From positions 92,746-156,745 of the forward strand of contig JBDTME010000002.1 of the NCBI GenBank assembly GCA_039934415.1: a stretch of 64,000 nucleotides of DNA. The letters are read 5' to 3'. Positions 8,922 through 19,415 of the stretch are shown in pieces; positions within the stretch are counted from its first letter, which is position 1; each line of letters starts with the position of its first letter. A program made the position numbers and the translations under genes. The stretch comes from Patescibacteria group bacterium (lineage in GTDB: Bacteria > Patescibacteriota > Microgenomatia > UBA1400 > PJMF01). A model generated the notes under the pieces. The model was not told the origin of the DNA. It was given only the letters and a program-made list of their open reading frames with translations, and did not search any database.

Positions 8922-9926
8922 CTATCGTTGCTCTAACCATCGTTCTGCATCGATTGCGGCTTGGCAACCTTGTGCAGACGCAGTAATCGCTTGCTTATAG
9001 CGTACATCTACAACATCACCTGCAGCAAAAACTCCAGTGACTGAAGTCATAGTTGGAAACTGAATGATTCCCTCATTGAGGGCAGCTTGCGCTAACTCAA
9101 TTCCTTTTTGAGTTAAACTCGTTCTGGTTACAATGTATCCATGATCATCCAGTTCGACATGATTCTGTAAAAATTCTGTCGTTGGTCGATGACCAATTGC
9201 TAAAAACACACCATCTGTTTCAATCATTTTTTCCTGACCATTTTCACTCACTTTTAGACTCGTTACCGCTGGGTCACCGAGTACTTCTTGAGGAATTGTG
9301 TTCCACATCACTTTTACTTTGGGATTATTTAACACACGATCTTGCATGATTTTACTCGCTTTAAATGAATCGCGACGATGAATCACGGTCACAGAACTCG
9401 CAAACTTGGTCAATGCTAGAGTATCCTCCATTGCACTATCACCACCACCAATCACGACAGTTTTTTTATCTTTAAAAAAAGCTGCATCACAAACCGCACA
9501 AGTAGATACGCCACGACCAATCAATCGTTGTTCACCTGGAATTCCCAACATAATCGAATCTGCACCTGTCGCCAAAATAATGCTTTTGGCTTGGTACTCA
9601 ACCTCACCATCTTTTGTTTTGACAAACACCTTCTTGATAACAGGATCTGAAAAATCTACTCGCTGTACATTACGATACTCGACCGTTGCACCAAAGCGCT
9701 CTGCTTGTTTGCGCATCTCGTCCATTAACAGTGGACCATCGATTCCTTTTTCATTTCCAGGCCAGTTCTCAATCACAGTCGTCAGCATTAGTTGACCACC
9801 AGCTTTTTCCCCAGCCAAAATCAACGGCTTCAAGCTCGCGCGGGCCGCATAAATTCCTGCCGTGTACCCGGAAGGACCGGAACCGACGATGATCAGATCG
9901 TGAATAGAAGTGTTATCCATATTCAA
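8922..9926 (-). CDS. trxB: thioredoxin reductase
   Basis: GSGPSG, GVSTCAVCD, GGGDSA, GVFAAGDV. Confidence 0.95.
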   Translation of the reverse strand: MNMDNTSIHDLIIVGSGPSGYTAGIYAARASLKPLILAGEKAGGQLMLTTVIENWPGNEKGIDGPLLMDEMRKQAERFGATVEYRNVQRVDFSDPVIKKVFVKTKDGEVEYQAKSIILATGADSIMLGIPGEQRLIGRGVSTCAVCDAAFFKDKKTVVIGGGDSAMEDTLALTKFASSVTVIHRRDSFKASKIMQDRVLNNPKVKVMWNTIPQEVLGDPAVTSLKVSENGQEKMIETDGVFLAIGHRPTTEFLQNHVELDDHGYIVTRTSLTQKGIELAQAALNEGIIQFPTMTSVTGVFAAGDVVDVRYKQAITASAQGCQAAIDAERWLEQR

Positions 9927-9971
9927 GGTTAATTTAATTAATAAAAGTTTTTCGAATCTAGAATGAACTGC

Positions 9972-10307
9972 TTACTTCGCCTGTTCAATCATCTTCTCAT
10001 ATCCTGCTCGTCCAGAAAAGCCAACTTGGCGATCAACTTCTTCTCCACCTTTGAACATGATCACCGTTGGGATGCTCATGACACCAAATTGTTTTGGAGT
10101 ATTCTGATTCTCATCAACGTTCATTTTCACAATGATGACATCTTTTTCAGACTCACTCATTTCATCTAAGATAGGCGCTGCTAATTTGCATGGACCGCAC
10201 CAGTCAGCAAAGAAATCGACCATGACTGGCTTATCAGACTTCAAAACCATTGCGTCAAACTGATCATCGGTAATGTGCGCTGCACCAGTGTGTTGTGTAT
10301 CTGCCAT
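9972..10307 (-). CDS. trxA: thioredoxin
   Basis: VDFFADWCGPCK, GVMSIPT; AAAGGAG RBS. Confidence 0.95.
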   Translation of the reverse strand: MADTQHTGAAHITDDQFDAMVLKSDKPVMVDFFADWCGPCKLAAPILDEMSESEKDVIIVKMNVDENQNTPKQFGVMSIPTVIMFKGGEEVDRQVGFSGRAGYEKMIEQAK

Positions 10308-10330
10308 AAAGCTCCTTTATTAGCTTACTT

Positions 10331-10567
10331 TTAATATTTAAATACTTCTGCTAAGACTGCATCCAAATCCTCGATCCGTCTCTCTTTCGAACATTTAAGC
10401 GCTTCTGTGGTCAAAACTGATCTGGCCACAGACGTTAATGAGTTTCGAGCCGCAATAATTTGGCGAACTATCTCGACACATTCTCGCTGCGACTCATACA
10501 TCTCATAAATGCCATTCACTTGACCGGCAATGCGCTTGAGCTGGGAAAGAGTTTGATCAGATGACAT
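10331..10567 (-). CDS. CsoR/RcnR/CstR-family repressor
   Basis: LKRIAGQVNGI..M.E..RECVEIVRQI.A; two Cys, no His at the Cu-ligand position. Confidence 0.85.
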   Translation of the reverse strand: MSSDQTLSQLKRIAGQVNGIYEMYESQRECVEIVRQIIAARNSLTSVARSVLTTEALKCSKERRIEDLDAVLAEVFKY

Positions 10568-10576
10568 CCTTTATTT

Positions 10577-10593
10577 ATACCCCCCGGGGGTAT
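10577..10593. promoter_or_regulatory. CsoR-family operator
   Basis: ATACCCCCCGGGGGTAT pseudo-palindrome with C/G tracts, 9 nt upstream of the repressor start. Confidence 0.85.
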
Positions 10594-10630
10594 GAGAGTC
10601 AATGGGTGAAATGCTGACTATAGATTTGCC

Positions 10631-10930
10631 CTACTTCTCCACTACTTTGGCTGCAAACAAGGTATCACCACTAAATTGTCCAGTTATACTGACTTGTTTG
10701 TTCGCGTAAGGAGTTAAATCAATTTTATAACTGTCGAGTTCGGTCTGCTTACCTGTGGAATCAACTAACGAAAATGTGTCACCGGATTGAACGACTTTAC
10801 CACTCAGCGTGGAGTCTCCTTCTCTGGCAGTAGGATTGGCTTGAATAGTATCTGCGTTGGACTTTACTGTTGGTTGGGATTGGCAACCAGCTAATAAAAG
10901 TAGACTGGACAATAGAATAAGATATTTCAT
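10631..10930 (-). CDS. predicted lipoprotein (small beta-rich domain)
   Basis: lipobox LLAGC after a hydrophobic signal. Confidence 0.7.
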   Translation of the reverse strand: MKYLILLSSLLLLAGCQSQPTVKSNADTIQANPTAREGDSTLSGKVVQSGDTFSLVDSTGKQTELDSYKIDLTPYANKQVSITGQFSGDTLFAAKVVEK

Positions 10931-11032
10931 AGATCCTTCAGGATTTTTTCAGTTGTAATATGTATAATTTAGAGTATCTGATCACATGTATACTATAATT
11001 AGAATTGATCATCAACTCTAGATGGAGGTTTT

Positions 11033-11602
11033 ATGAAGATAAAAGCATCACTGCTGTCGTTGACGCTGGCAGGCACATTCATTTTGAGTGCCACTCCAGT
11101 ATTTGCCGAAGAGAGTAATACTTTGTTTCTGAGACGCGAAGACAACATGGAGGCTCGTGTCACCAAGCAGGAAGAACGAATTGAAACAATGAAAGCCAAG
11201 GTGACAGAACGGGCTGGTGAACGACAAGAACGCCGTACCGATATGGCTCAGAAACATGCCGGAAATTTAGAGACTCGTTTTAACGAAATGTATAAACGGC
11301 TCAGTACTTTGGCGAGTAAGATTCAAACTCGCATCAATGCTGTCAAAGCTGAAGGAAAAGACACCGCTGCTGCTCAAACCAAGTTAGACGCCGCTAAAGC
11401 ATCACTGGAATCAGCGAAAAGTTTGGGGCAAGAAGCCATCACCGCTTTCAAAGGTATTGATCCAGCTAAATATGATGAGCAACGATCAAAAGCATTGGCA
11501 GCTAAAGATAAAGCAGAACAAGCCAGAAAAGCATTTATGACTGCTCTACAAGATATGAAAGATGCAGTTGCCGCTCTCAAAGCATTGCGACCAACAGAAT
11601 AA
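11033..11602 (+). CDS. secreted coiled-coil protein
   Basis: signal peptide ending VFA, long Ala/Lys/Glu helical heptads; GGAGG RBS. Confidence 0.75.
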   Translation: MKIKASLLSLTLAGTFILSATPVFAEESNTLFLRREDNMEARVTKQEERIETMKAKVTERAGERQERRTDMAQKHAGNLETRFNEMYKRLSTLASKIQTRINAVKAEGKDTAAAQTKLDAAKASLESAKSLGQEAITAFKGIDPAKYDEQRSKALAAKDKAEQARKAFMTALQDMKDAVAALKALRPTE

Positions 11603-11638
11603 TTACCAATACGTTTTAAAATATAAAAGGATATTGAT

Positions 11639-11908
11639 ATGACCACATCTACAGTCTTGAAAACTCTCGCTATTGTCTCTACCAGCGTTGTAGTGCTGGC
11701 CGGATGCTCGACCCAAACCACCTCTATTCCGTCCATCACACCGGTTCCGGCTGCTGAGAACGATACGAATATGATGGTTGCGCCAAACACAGTAACAGCT
11801 ACACCCGAGGCGGCTCAACCAACACTCTCTAAATCAACAAAAACAGATGACCTCAAAAAAGAGTTGGATGACACTACAGTGAAAGCTGAAGATTTTTCTG
11901 ACTTGTAA
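11639..11908 (+). CDS. predicted lipoprotein
   Basis: lipobox VLAGC, Thr/Pro-rich linker. Confidence 0.7.
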   Translation: MTTSTVLKTLAIVSTSVVVLAGCSTQTTSIPSITPVPAAENDTNMMVAPNTVTATPEAAQPTLSKSTKTDDLKKELDDTTVKAEDFSDL

Positions 11909-11930
11909 GACGACTTGAGATAACAACAGG

Positions 11931-11962
11931 ACCGGTTTTGAAGTTCAAAGCCGGTTTTTTTT
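11931..11962 (+). terminator. intrinsic terminator
   Basis: ACCGGTTTTGAA-G-TTCAAAGCCGGT followed by T-tract. Confidence 0.75.
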
Positions 11963-11966
11963 GAGC

Positions 11967-13889
11967 CTAACTAAATCGAACTGGGATAGATTCAATCGAA
12001 AGTCGTACTTGTCGCCCGAGTTTAAAATAGTGATCAAAAGTCGTTGCATTCTTTAAGAGCAAATGGAAAAAGCGGAACCGCAACGTTTGGAATAAGCCAA
12101 CGTCTTTTCTGAGATATATTTTCTCCTGAGCAATGTGCACTAACCAATGCTCTGGCTTTTCGTCAACATTGATCTTCGAGTGTGCTGCGATACCACTTAA
12201 CACTTCCTCCACATCTGGCTCTTCCATAAATCCAAAACGAACCTGAACGGATGAGATACTCCCTCTTTCGGGGTCTGAATAGAAGTTTATGACTTCGTAA
12301 CGACTATCTTCAGCATATGGGGTCTTCTCGATACTCACATTGAGAAAGAGTAAATGTTTTGGCATCATGCCATATCGCTCCCAAAAAATCTGTTCTAGGA
12401 ACGGCACGTTATCAGTCTTTTTGCTAATTAAAGACGGAGTCATGATCACAATTGAGCGAGGTAAAAACTCTTTCTGTTCTTTTTTGATATTAACTAGTTG
12501 TCGAGTTGTCATAGTATCAATACGACCGTAGGTGCGTGCTACATGCTTTCTTCCCCACTGCCAGGTCTTCATGACAATCAACACTCCAATACCAATCGCT
12601 AAAGGTACGTATCCTCCTTGAAATACTTTCAAAGAATTCGCAATTAAAAAGGTAATATCAACCGCCACTAATGGGATAAAAATTGCATAGGTCAAGCCAG
12701 GACTCCATTTCCACATCCCTTTGGCAATTGAAATCATAGATAAAGTGGTTGCCAACATGACACCTGATACAGCTAATCCATATGCCGCTGCCAAGTTAGT
12801 ACTGCTCTTAAAAGAGATGACCAACAAAATACACCCAATAAATAACAACCAGTTCACTGATGGCATGTAAATCTGACCAGAGTGTTCTTTGTGAGTGTAG
12901 ACCGTTTTCAACAACGGCAGTAATCCAAGTGCAACTGCTTGGGAAGCTAGCGAAAACGCCCCTGTAATCAGCGCTTGAGACGCGATAATGGTTGCCAAAG
13001 TTGCCAACACAATCATCGGAATAAGAAGTGGCTGAGGCACCATGCTATAAAAAACATTTTCAGCTAACACTTCTTTTCCAGAAAGCAGGAATGCGCCTTG
13101 ACCAAAATAATTTAAAATGAGAGCAGGATATGCTAGACCAAACCAGCTCATACGAATTGCTGGGCGACCAAAATGTCCCATATCAGCATACATCGCTTCT
13201 CCACCAGTCACGACCAACATAACAGAGCCAAGCATCAACAAAATGATGTGTAAAGGTGTGTGGGTTAAAAAGTAAACAGCATGAATAGGATTGAGTGCAA
13301 ATAGAATTTGAGGAATCTGAACGATCTGAACAACTCCCAATAACGCAATTGAGACAAACCAGACAGTGATGATTGGCCCAAATAGTTTGCCAATCTTGTC
13401 GGTACCATAACTCTGAATGAAGAAAAGTCCACTCAAAATAACGATCGTGATTGGAACTACAAATTGGGCAAAGGCACTCGTCACAACATTCATACCCTCG
13501 ACAGCAGAAATAACGCTGATTGCTGGTGTAATCACACCATCACCAAAAAGCAGTCCTGCAGCCAAAATTAAAACGCTGCTTAAAATAAGTCTGCCCGCCA
13601 GTTTGTTACGGACTAACAAACTATACAAGGCGAACACTCCCCCTTCCCCATCACTGTCCGCGCGCAATACGAGTACGACATATTTCAATGTCACAATAAC
13701 AGTGAGTGACCAAAAAACTAAACTGATGACACCCAAAACGTTTGCAGGCGAAGTAGCCATCTCACCATGTCCGAAGAAAATTTCTTTGATAGCGTATAAA
13801 GGAGATGTTCCGATGTCACCATAGACTACACCGAGTGCGCCAAATGCGAGAAGTAATTGTTGTTTGGTGGTCAGTTTTTGTGTGTGCAT
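11967..13889 (-). CDS. kup: KUP/HAK/KT potassium transporter
   Basis: GALGVVYGDIGTSPLY, GDGVITPAISVISAVEG, TGGEAMYADMGHFG. Confidence 0.95.
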   Translation of the reverse strand: MHTQKLTTKQQLLLAFGALGVVYGDIGTSPLYAIKEIFFGHGEMATSPANVLGVISLVFWSLTVIVTLKYVVLVLRADSDGEGGVFALYSLLVRNKLAGRLILSSVLILAAGLLFGDGVITPAISVISAVEGMNVVTSAFAQFVVPITIVILSGLFFIQSYGTDKIGKLFGPIITVWFVSIALLGVVQIVQIPQILFALNPIHAVYFLTHTPLHIILLMLGSVMLVVTGGEAMYADMGHFGRPAIRMSWFGLAYPALILNYFGQGAFLLSGKEVLAENVFYSMVPQPLLIPMIVLATLATIIASQALITGAFSLASQAVALGLLPLLKTVYTHKEHSGQIYMPSVNWLLFIGCILLVISFKSSTNLAAAYGLAVSGVMLATTLSMISIAKGMWKWSPGLTYAIFIPLVAVDITFLIANSLKVFQGGYVPLAIGIGVLIVMKTWQWGRKHVARTYGRIDTMTTRQLVNIKKEQKEFLPRSIVIMTPSLISKKTDNVPFLEQIFWERYGMMPKHLLFLNVSIEKTPYAEDSRYEVINFYSDPERGSISSVQVRFGFMEEPDVEEVLSGIAAHSKINVDEKPEHWLVHIAQEKIYLRKDVGLFQTLRFRFFHLLLKNATTFDHYFKLGRQVRLSIESIPVRFS

Positions 13890-14015
13890 AATGAAAAAAG
13901 GGATTATATTCCTGGTAAATGCATCTGTAAATGCTAAAAGCTGTATTGAATTATAGTCTGGCTAACAGCCATAATTGTACCCTGTCGAAAAAGTGTGAAC
14001 AGGTTGAAAATGAAA

Positions 14016-14486
14016 CTAACTCTTCTTGGGGTTATTGAGCAAGGCTGAAGTCGAAACCAGTGGGTTCTGTTCGAGTACTACACTGAGTTTGCCGCCATAT
14101 TTTTCAATGATCTTTTGTTTTGCTTCCTGGTGTGCTGTGTGTGAGGAAATAGCGAGAAAATCTGGGTGTAAGTCGGAAATGAGTTTTTCGTGATCAGCTG
14201 GTTGAGAAAATTGTTCAGGCAAAATGAAAACCGCCTCAGCAATTTTTGTAGCTTCTATCTCTGCCATTCGTCGCTGTTGATCCCAAATCGGCCGGTTTTC
14301 GCCTTTGAGCTGCTTCACCCTCGAGTCAGATTCGATGCCAACGACCAAAATATCACCCAATTCCTTTGCTCGCTGTAAAAAATGAAGATGTTCTTCATGT
14401 AACAAATCGAACACACCCGTCACAAGAACAACGGTCTTTTTCGAACGGTGGGCTTGCAACCAGTGAAGAGTTTCGGCGAAAGTCAT
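14016..14486 (-). CDS. cytidylyltransferase-family protein (TagD/RfaE-II/RibL-like)
   Basis: VLVTGVFDLLHEEH (HxGH-like), LVVGIESD, KGENRP, VSTS. Confidence 0.85.
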   Translation of the reverse strand: MTFAETLHWLQAHRSKKTVVLVTGVFDLLHEEHLHFLQRAKELGDILVVGIESDSRVKQLKGENRPIWDQQRRMAEIEATKIAEAVFILPEQFSQPADHEKLISDLHPDFLAISSHTAHQEAKQKIIEKYGGKLSVVLEQNPLVSTSALLNNPKKS

Positions 14487-14559
14487 TAGAAGATTATTCT
14501 AACTGGATTTTGTTGACAGTCCAGCTTGGTTTTTGTACAAAAATAAATTGTTACACATT

Positions 14560-15552
14560 TTATTTTTCCAGTATTTGATGATCAAGAAATTTGCGATTTA
14601 ATTGGCACCCCTCTTCAAATAATTGAACCAAGCCTTCTCTCTCAGTCTTACTCATCCCCAACTCCTCCAACTTTTGTTGCCATTTTTTCAAAATGAGATT
14701 CTTGGTGTCCCGTGGGTGAAAGAAAGCAAAACCACGCCCTACTTTCTCGCGGGAACGTTTAGGTTGCATATACAGCCTTTGCGCGAGATAACTCACCAGT
14801 TCAACAACTACCACCAACAACAGAATAAAACTGCTCAAAATTTTTAAATTTAAAATTTCCCCATTGCCTTTCATTCGTGTCTCATAATCTTTGCTCTTCT
14901 CGGCTTTGACCGGATAATTTATATACTCGTTAACCCACTGGTTAGCACTCAACAACTCGTTTTGTGTACCCAACATCAGTTGCGCTTGTACCACTTCATA
15001 TGCTGTATATACGGACCGGTCTTCCTTCGGGACTTGTAAGTGATTTTGATCCAACCACAAATTAAAACACCATCCCCACTCCCCACTACTCCCATGCAAA
15101 CGATACTTACCGATCAATGATGTCCACAACACAACAACTACTCTGGTCAACCACAGCGTTCCAGGTTTCGTCACAATTAAAAGGTCGATGTCATCAGCGA
15201 GCGAACGAACGTTTTGCATAGCTAATGAACCAGTCACATAGACTGATGAAATGGTAGCGATCTTTTTCAATCTTGAAATGAGGGTGTCGAGTTCTGCTAA
15301 CTTGAAGTTTGAAATATGTTCTCGATCCTGTCTGATTAAAACAACCTGCTCGCGCCCCTTCAGCGTCCAAAATTGTTCTATCTTCGTCATTTGAGGGATT
15401 TGTTTGGCAGTTTGATTAATTTTCTTGAGATTCACTTCAGGGAAAAACCCAATTAACCGTTGATGCAATTCCTGTTCAGTCAATGGGTATTGAAAAACAT
15501 CAGAATAGGCTAATGTTGCCAAAACTAAGGAGGACAATGAAGGCTTTTTCAC
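14560..15552 (-). CDS. Pol-beta-like nucleotidyltransferase-domain protein
   Basis: VTGSLA...DDIDLLIV motif; N-terminal LAYSDVFQYPLT. Confidence 0.7.
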   Translation of the reverse strand: MKKPSLSSLVLATLAYSDVFQYPLTEQELHQRLIGFFPEVNLKKINQTAKQIPQMTKIEQFWTLKGREQVVLIRQDREHISNFKLAELDTLISRLKKIATISSVYVTGSLAMQNVRSLADDIDLLIVTKPGTLWLTRVVVVLWTSLIGKYRLHGSSGEWGWCFNLWLDQNHLQVPKEDRSVYTAYEVVQAQLMLGTQNELLSANQWVNEYINYPVKAEKSKDYETRMKGNGEILNLKILSSFILLLVVVVELVSYLAQRLYMQPKRSREKVGRGFAFFHPRDTKNLILKKWQQKLEELGMSKTEREGLVQLFEEGCQLNRKFLDHQILEK

Positions 15553-15615
15553 TCGAGTATCATAGCATAATCAACTCATTGTGCGTCTAGAAATTTCTTT
15601 GAAGCGAAATTTTTT

Positions 15616-17580
15616 TTAGTTCGCAGCTGGTACTGCTGTAGGAGTAGCCAGCCCATATTGCCCGAGCACTTGATCGGTACCTTGCTTGACTGTCTTGACA
15701 TTTTCAGTGACTGCGCCAGGAGCATTTAATAAGTCTTCATAGTACTTGATTATGCGATCATTAATACCGTTATCATGAGTATATGCGTTCATATACCAAG
15801 CCCGAGCAAAAGGCGCATCCTGCAAGTACGCACCGACATATTGATTCGCTGCAATTTGGTCTGCTAAATCTTGACGTGAATACAACTCCCCAAAGGCTCG
15901 CACGTTCGATGCATCTGAGTAGAGTTTTTTCTCGACTTCAGCAGAACTCAAATACTTTAACAACAACCAAGAACCTTCTTTTTCTTTACTCTGGACACTC
16001 ACACCTTCAGCCCAAAAACTCGCCCAGGTTATTCGAGGCTTGTCAGGCAATTGAGGAACAGGAACAATATCAAACTGCAAGTTAGGATTGGCGGCTTTGA
16101 TCTCGTGTGCTCTCCAAGATGGAGCGATCATCATCGCTACATCGCCTTTTCCAAAAGCTACAGTGGCATTTGGTAAAGTGGCATCCCAAACTGCTAGTTT
16201 TTTAGCGAAGTCCGTATAAAAATTAATGGCTTCTACTGCTTTTGGGCTTGTAGGGTCAGCAGGATCTGCACCATTTTGCAACATTAACAATGCAATGATT
16301 TCAGAAAAATGCTCGACATTGCTCGCAGTCCCCATAGCGACACCACCTCGAGTAATCTTACCTCCGGACTTAATCGTTAAATCAGTGGCAGTTTTTTTCA
16401 TCTCTTCCCAATCTTTCGGTGGGGTTCGATTGGCAATACTAAAAATATCTTTGTTGTAATATAAAGCGAGCCCATCAATCATCAACGGGATACCTACTAT
16501 ATTACCGTTGGATGTAAGTTGTTGAGTTGCGATTGGATAAAATGTTTGCGAATACTCAGTCGGTGTCATAATTTTTTCCGGCAAAGGACTCAACTCGTTT
16601 TTCAACATTGGCACCCAACTGGCATGAAAACGAAACACGTCAGGCCCACTCCCCTTCGCAATTTCTGCTTGTAAGCGCTCTCGATAGTCTTGAAAGGATT
16701 GCTGAACATACTGAACCTGATAACCAGGGTTTTCTTTTTCAAAATCGGCCAGCACTTGCTGAACAACGGTTGTCGGCTCCCACAATCCCCAGTACACAAT
16801 TGTCTTTTTACTCACGGGTGCTTGTGTCGGTGTTAAGTCGCTGGATGAACCTGTTGAATTTCGGCCGAGGAACCAATACGCAGCAAATGCTAGTAAGGCT
16901 ACAACAACGGCTCCAAGTAAAACAAACGGTAAAAATCGCAAGACAGACTTATGTGGCTGAGTCCCGGTCGAACCAGGAGGTGGTGATGAAGGAAGAGTTG
17001 CAGAATTTGGAGTCGTTGAAGAAGCAGGTGATTTTCCAACCATTCCCATTGTTCCAGTTGTTCCTAAAGGTGTTGGTGACTTTGCTGGAAAAGACGTACT
17101 CGGTTTAAAAGTAGGGGCACCAACAGGCGCAGCATTCAGAGGCTTACTCGCGATACTACCACTGGCTATACCACCGGCGATACCTCCAGTTGCAACTGCT
17201 GTCCCTGTAGAAGCAAGTGGGCTTGGTGAGTTAGATGGTGTTGTAGATTTAAAAGGTTGAGCTGAGTTGAATGGAGCTGCACTCGGACGAGGCGCAGGTG
17301 GGATGCCAGTAGATGGTGGGACCGGTCTTACACCTGGCTGAGGAGAAGAACTCAATGTGCTTGGAGCCCAAACTGGTCTGGTACTTGGCGTAGTTGGAGT
17401 AGGTGAAGTTGTCACTTTAAAACCTGTTGAAACTGGTGCGGCACTTGAAGTATTTGATGCTCCAATAGGAGGAGATTGGAATGGTTTTTGAGGAGTCATG
17501 CCGAAACCAGTTTGACCTGGAATTGAGGCAGTAGAAACTGGTTGGGGCAAGGTGTTGTCGGGCATATTTAATCTTAACAC
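15616..17580 (-). CDS. family-1 extracellular solute-binding protein with TM anchor and long Pro/Ser/Thr-rich N-terminus
   Basis: After TM: TIVYWGLWE, GPDVFRFH, GIPLMIDGLALYYNKDIF, FGKGDVAMM. Confidence 0.85.
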   Translation of the reverse strand: MLRLNMPDNTLPQPVSTASIPGQTGFGMTPQKPFQSPPIGASNTSSAAPVSTGFKVTTSPTPTTPSTRPVWAPSTLSSSPQPGVRPVPPSTGIPPAPRPSAAPFNSAQPFKSTTPSNSPSPLASTGTAVATGGIAGGIASGSIASKPLNAAPVGAPTFKPSTSFPAKSPTPLGTTGTMGMVGKSPASSTTPNSATLPSSPPPGSTGTQPHKSVLRFLPFVLLGAVVVALLAFAAYWFLGRNSTGSSSDLTPTQAPVSKKTIVYWGLWEPTTVVQQVLADFEKENPGYQVQYVQQSFQDYRERLQAEIAKGSGPDVFRFHASWVPMLKNELSPLPEKIMTPTEYSQTFYPIATQQLTSNGNIVGIPLMIDGLALYYNKDIFSIANRTPPKDWEEMKKTATDLTIKSGGKITRGGVAMGTASNVEHFSEIIALLMLQNGADPADPTSPKAVEAINFYTDFAKKLAVWDATLPNATVAFGKGDVAMMIAPSWRAHEIKAANPNLQFDIVPVPQLPDKPRITWASFWAEGVSVQSKEKEGSWLLLKYLSSAEVEKKLYSDASNVRAFGELYSRQDLADQIAANQYVGAYLQDAPFARAWYMNAYTHDNGINDRIIKYYEDLLNAPGAVTENVKTVKQGTDQVLGQYGLATPTAVPAAN

Positions 17581-17618
17581 GCTTTCAACTTTAAGCGTTC
17601 CCCTCTATAATATCACCC

Positions 17619-19385
17619 ATGCAAGTTTTACAGCAAGGGTTGCGTTTACACGGCCATGTCAAAGCGTTCCTTATTGGAGCGAGTCTTGCTGCGATTATTT
17701 TGACCGTAGGCGGCTATTTCATTTTTCAACACCAATTTAAAAATCGGTTTTACGAAGGCATCTTCATTGATAATGTGGACCTTTCCGGTTTGACGTCTGA
17801 TGAAGCACAACAAAAACTGACGGGTACGCCAGAAGTTTTTGCTCAAATGATCACACTCACTTCGAATGATGTTTCAGTTGCTTCATCTGAAGCAACGTTA
17901 GGCTTGCACCGTGAATACAAAACAGCGATAGACCAGGCGATTCAACTTGGTCGCAACGAAGGTTTCATCACTAATACGAGCAAGATCTTCCGCGCATATA
18001 CAAAAGGGAAAGCATTCAATTCTCATCTCGCATTTGATCCCATCAAGGTTCAGGACTTTGTCAAAGAACTCGCAGTAAAAGCAAATCTACTAGGCGAAGA
18101 ACCCAGTGCAACTATAAAGAATGGTCAGATTGAGATCAATATTGGGAAAATGGGCAATGGCATCATGATTGAAGATACGGCTCAAAGCATTTTAAGCGCA
18201 GCCAACTCAGCTACTCGACAATTTACAGCAATGCTGTCTCCAACAGGGACTCAGCTCACTCCCATTCAAGCGGACGAAGCCAAACATCGCGCAGAAAAGT
18301 TCATCGGCAAATCTATAGAAGGAAAAGTTGACGTAATTACAGTGGAGATTTCGGATGCTCAGCTAATTACCAGTTTGAAATTACCTTTGGGCTACAACAA
18401 CGACGAAGTAGAGAAAATTTTAAAAATGTTCACAGACAAAATCGATCGCCCAGCACAAAATGCTAAGTTTTCGTATGATGAACAGACCATGAAAGTCAAA
18501 GAGTTCGAACCAGATCTCGATGGCATTACAATTGACAAACAGCAGACTAAAAATCAAGTTCTAGAAGTACTAAAAAATATTGAACAAGGCATTCCTGACA
18601 AGGTAACAGTCATCGCCATATCAAAAGAAGCTAAAAAGGCTGACATATCGCTCGGATCACTCAACAACTTAGGACTAAAAGAAAGAATTGGTTTTGGGGA
18701 GACCTACTACTATCACTCTATTCCGACTCGCATTCATAATGTATCCCTGGCTGCTAAGATAGTGAACAATACTTTAGTCAAACCTGGTGAAGAGTTTTCA
18801 TTTAATAAAGCACTGGGCGATGTCTCAAAAGCAACTGGCTTCCAACCTGCCTATGTCATTCAGTCAGGACAAACAGTGTTGGGTGATGGTGGTGGGGTGT
18901 GTCAGGTCAGCACCACATTGTTTAGAGCTTTGCTGGATTCTGGTTTGAAAATTACCAAACGCAGAGCTCATAGCTATCGAGTCAGTTACTATGAATTGAA
19001 TAAAGATCCAGGCTTTGATGCCACGGTATACGCAGGTGATGTTGATTTGAGATTCTTGAACGACTCGCCTCAAGCAGTTCTCCTCCACTTCGAAACTTTC
19101 CCGGACAAATTGTACATGGTCGTCACTATTTATGGCACATCGGATGGTAGAACAACAGAAATTTCAGAGTATAAGAAATGGGATGTTCGAGGAGCGCCAC
19201 CTAGCCAGTACATTGATGACCCAACGTTACCTCCGGGGAAACTCGTCCAGATTGACTTTGCAGTGGGAGGAATCAAAGCTTCATTCAAACACACGGTAAA
19301 AGATAAAGATGGCAATGTTACATCAGAAAACACTTACTATTCCAACTATGTTCCTTGGTCAGCAAAGTATCGAAGAGGTGTATAA
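17619..19385 (+). CDS. VanW-family protein with PG-binding-4-like repeats
   Basis: RIHNVSLAA, PGEEFSFN, GGGVCQVSTTLF, RRAHS, DATV. Confidence 0.9.
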   Translation: MQVLQQGLRLHGHVKAFLIGASLAAIILTVGGYFIFQHQFKNRFYEGIFIDNVDLSGLTSDEAQQKLTGTPEVFAQMITLTSNDVSVASSEATLGLHREYKTAIDQAIQLGRNEGFITNTSKIFRAYTKGKAFNSHLAFDPIKVQDFVKELAVKANLLGEEPSATIKNGQIEINIGKMGNGIMIEDTAQSILSAANSATRQFTAMLSPTGTQLTPIQADEAKHRAEKFIGKSIEGKVDVITVEISDAQLITSLKLPLGYNNDEVEKILKMFTDKIDRPAQNAKFSYDEQTMKVKEFEPDLDGITIDKQQTKNQVLEVLKNIEQGIPDKVTVIAISKEAKKADISLGSLNNLGLKERIGFGETYYYHSIPTRIHNVSLAAKIVNNTLVKPGEEFSFNKALGDVSKATGFQPAYVIQSGQTVLGDGGGVCQVSTTLFRALLDSGLKITKRRAHSYRVSYYELNKDPGFDATVYAGDVDLRFLNDSPQAVLLHFETFPDKLYMVVTIYGTSDGRTTEISEYKKWDVRGAPPSQYIDDPTLPPGKLVQIDFAVGGIKASFKHTVKDKDGNVTSENTYYSNYVPWSAKYRRGV

Positions 19386-19415
19386 ATTTTAAAACTGGCG
19401 TGGTATAAAAATGCG

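Noticed and set aside
13890-14015. c-di-AMP (ydaO) riboswitch upstream of kup
   Set aside because: No GCTGAA/GGAACGG-type conserved motifs and too little room
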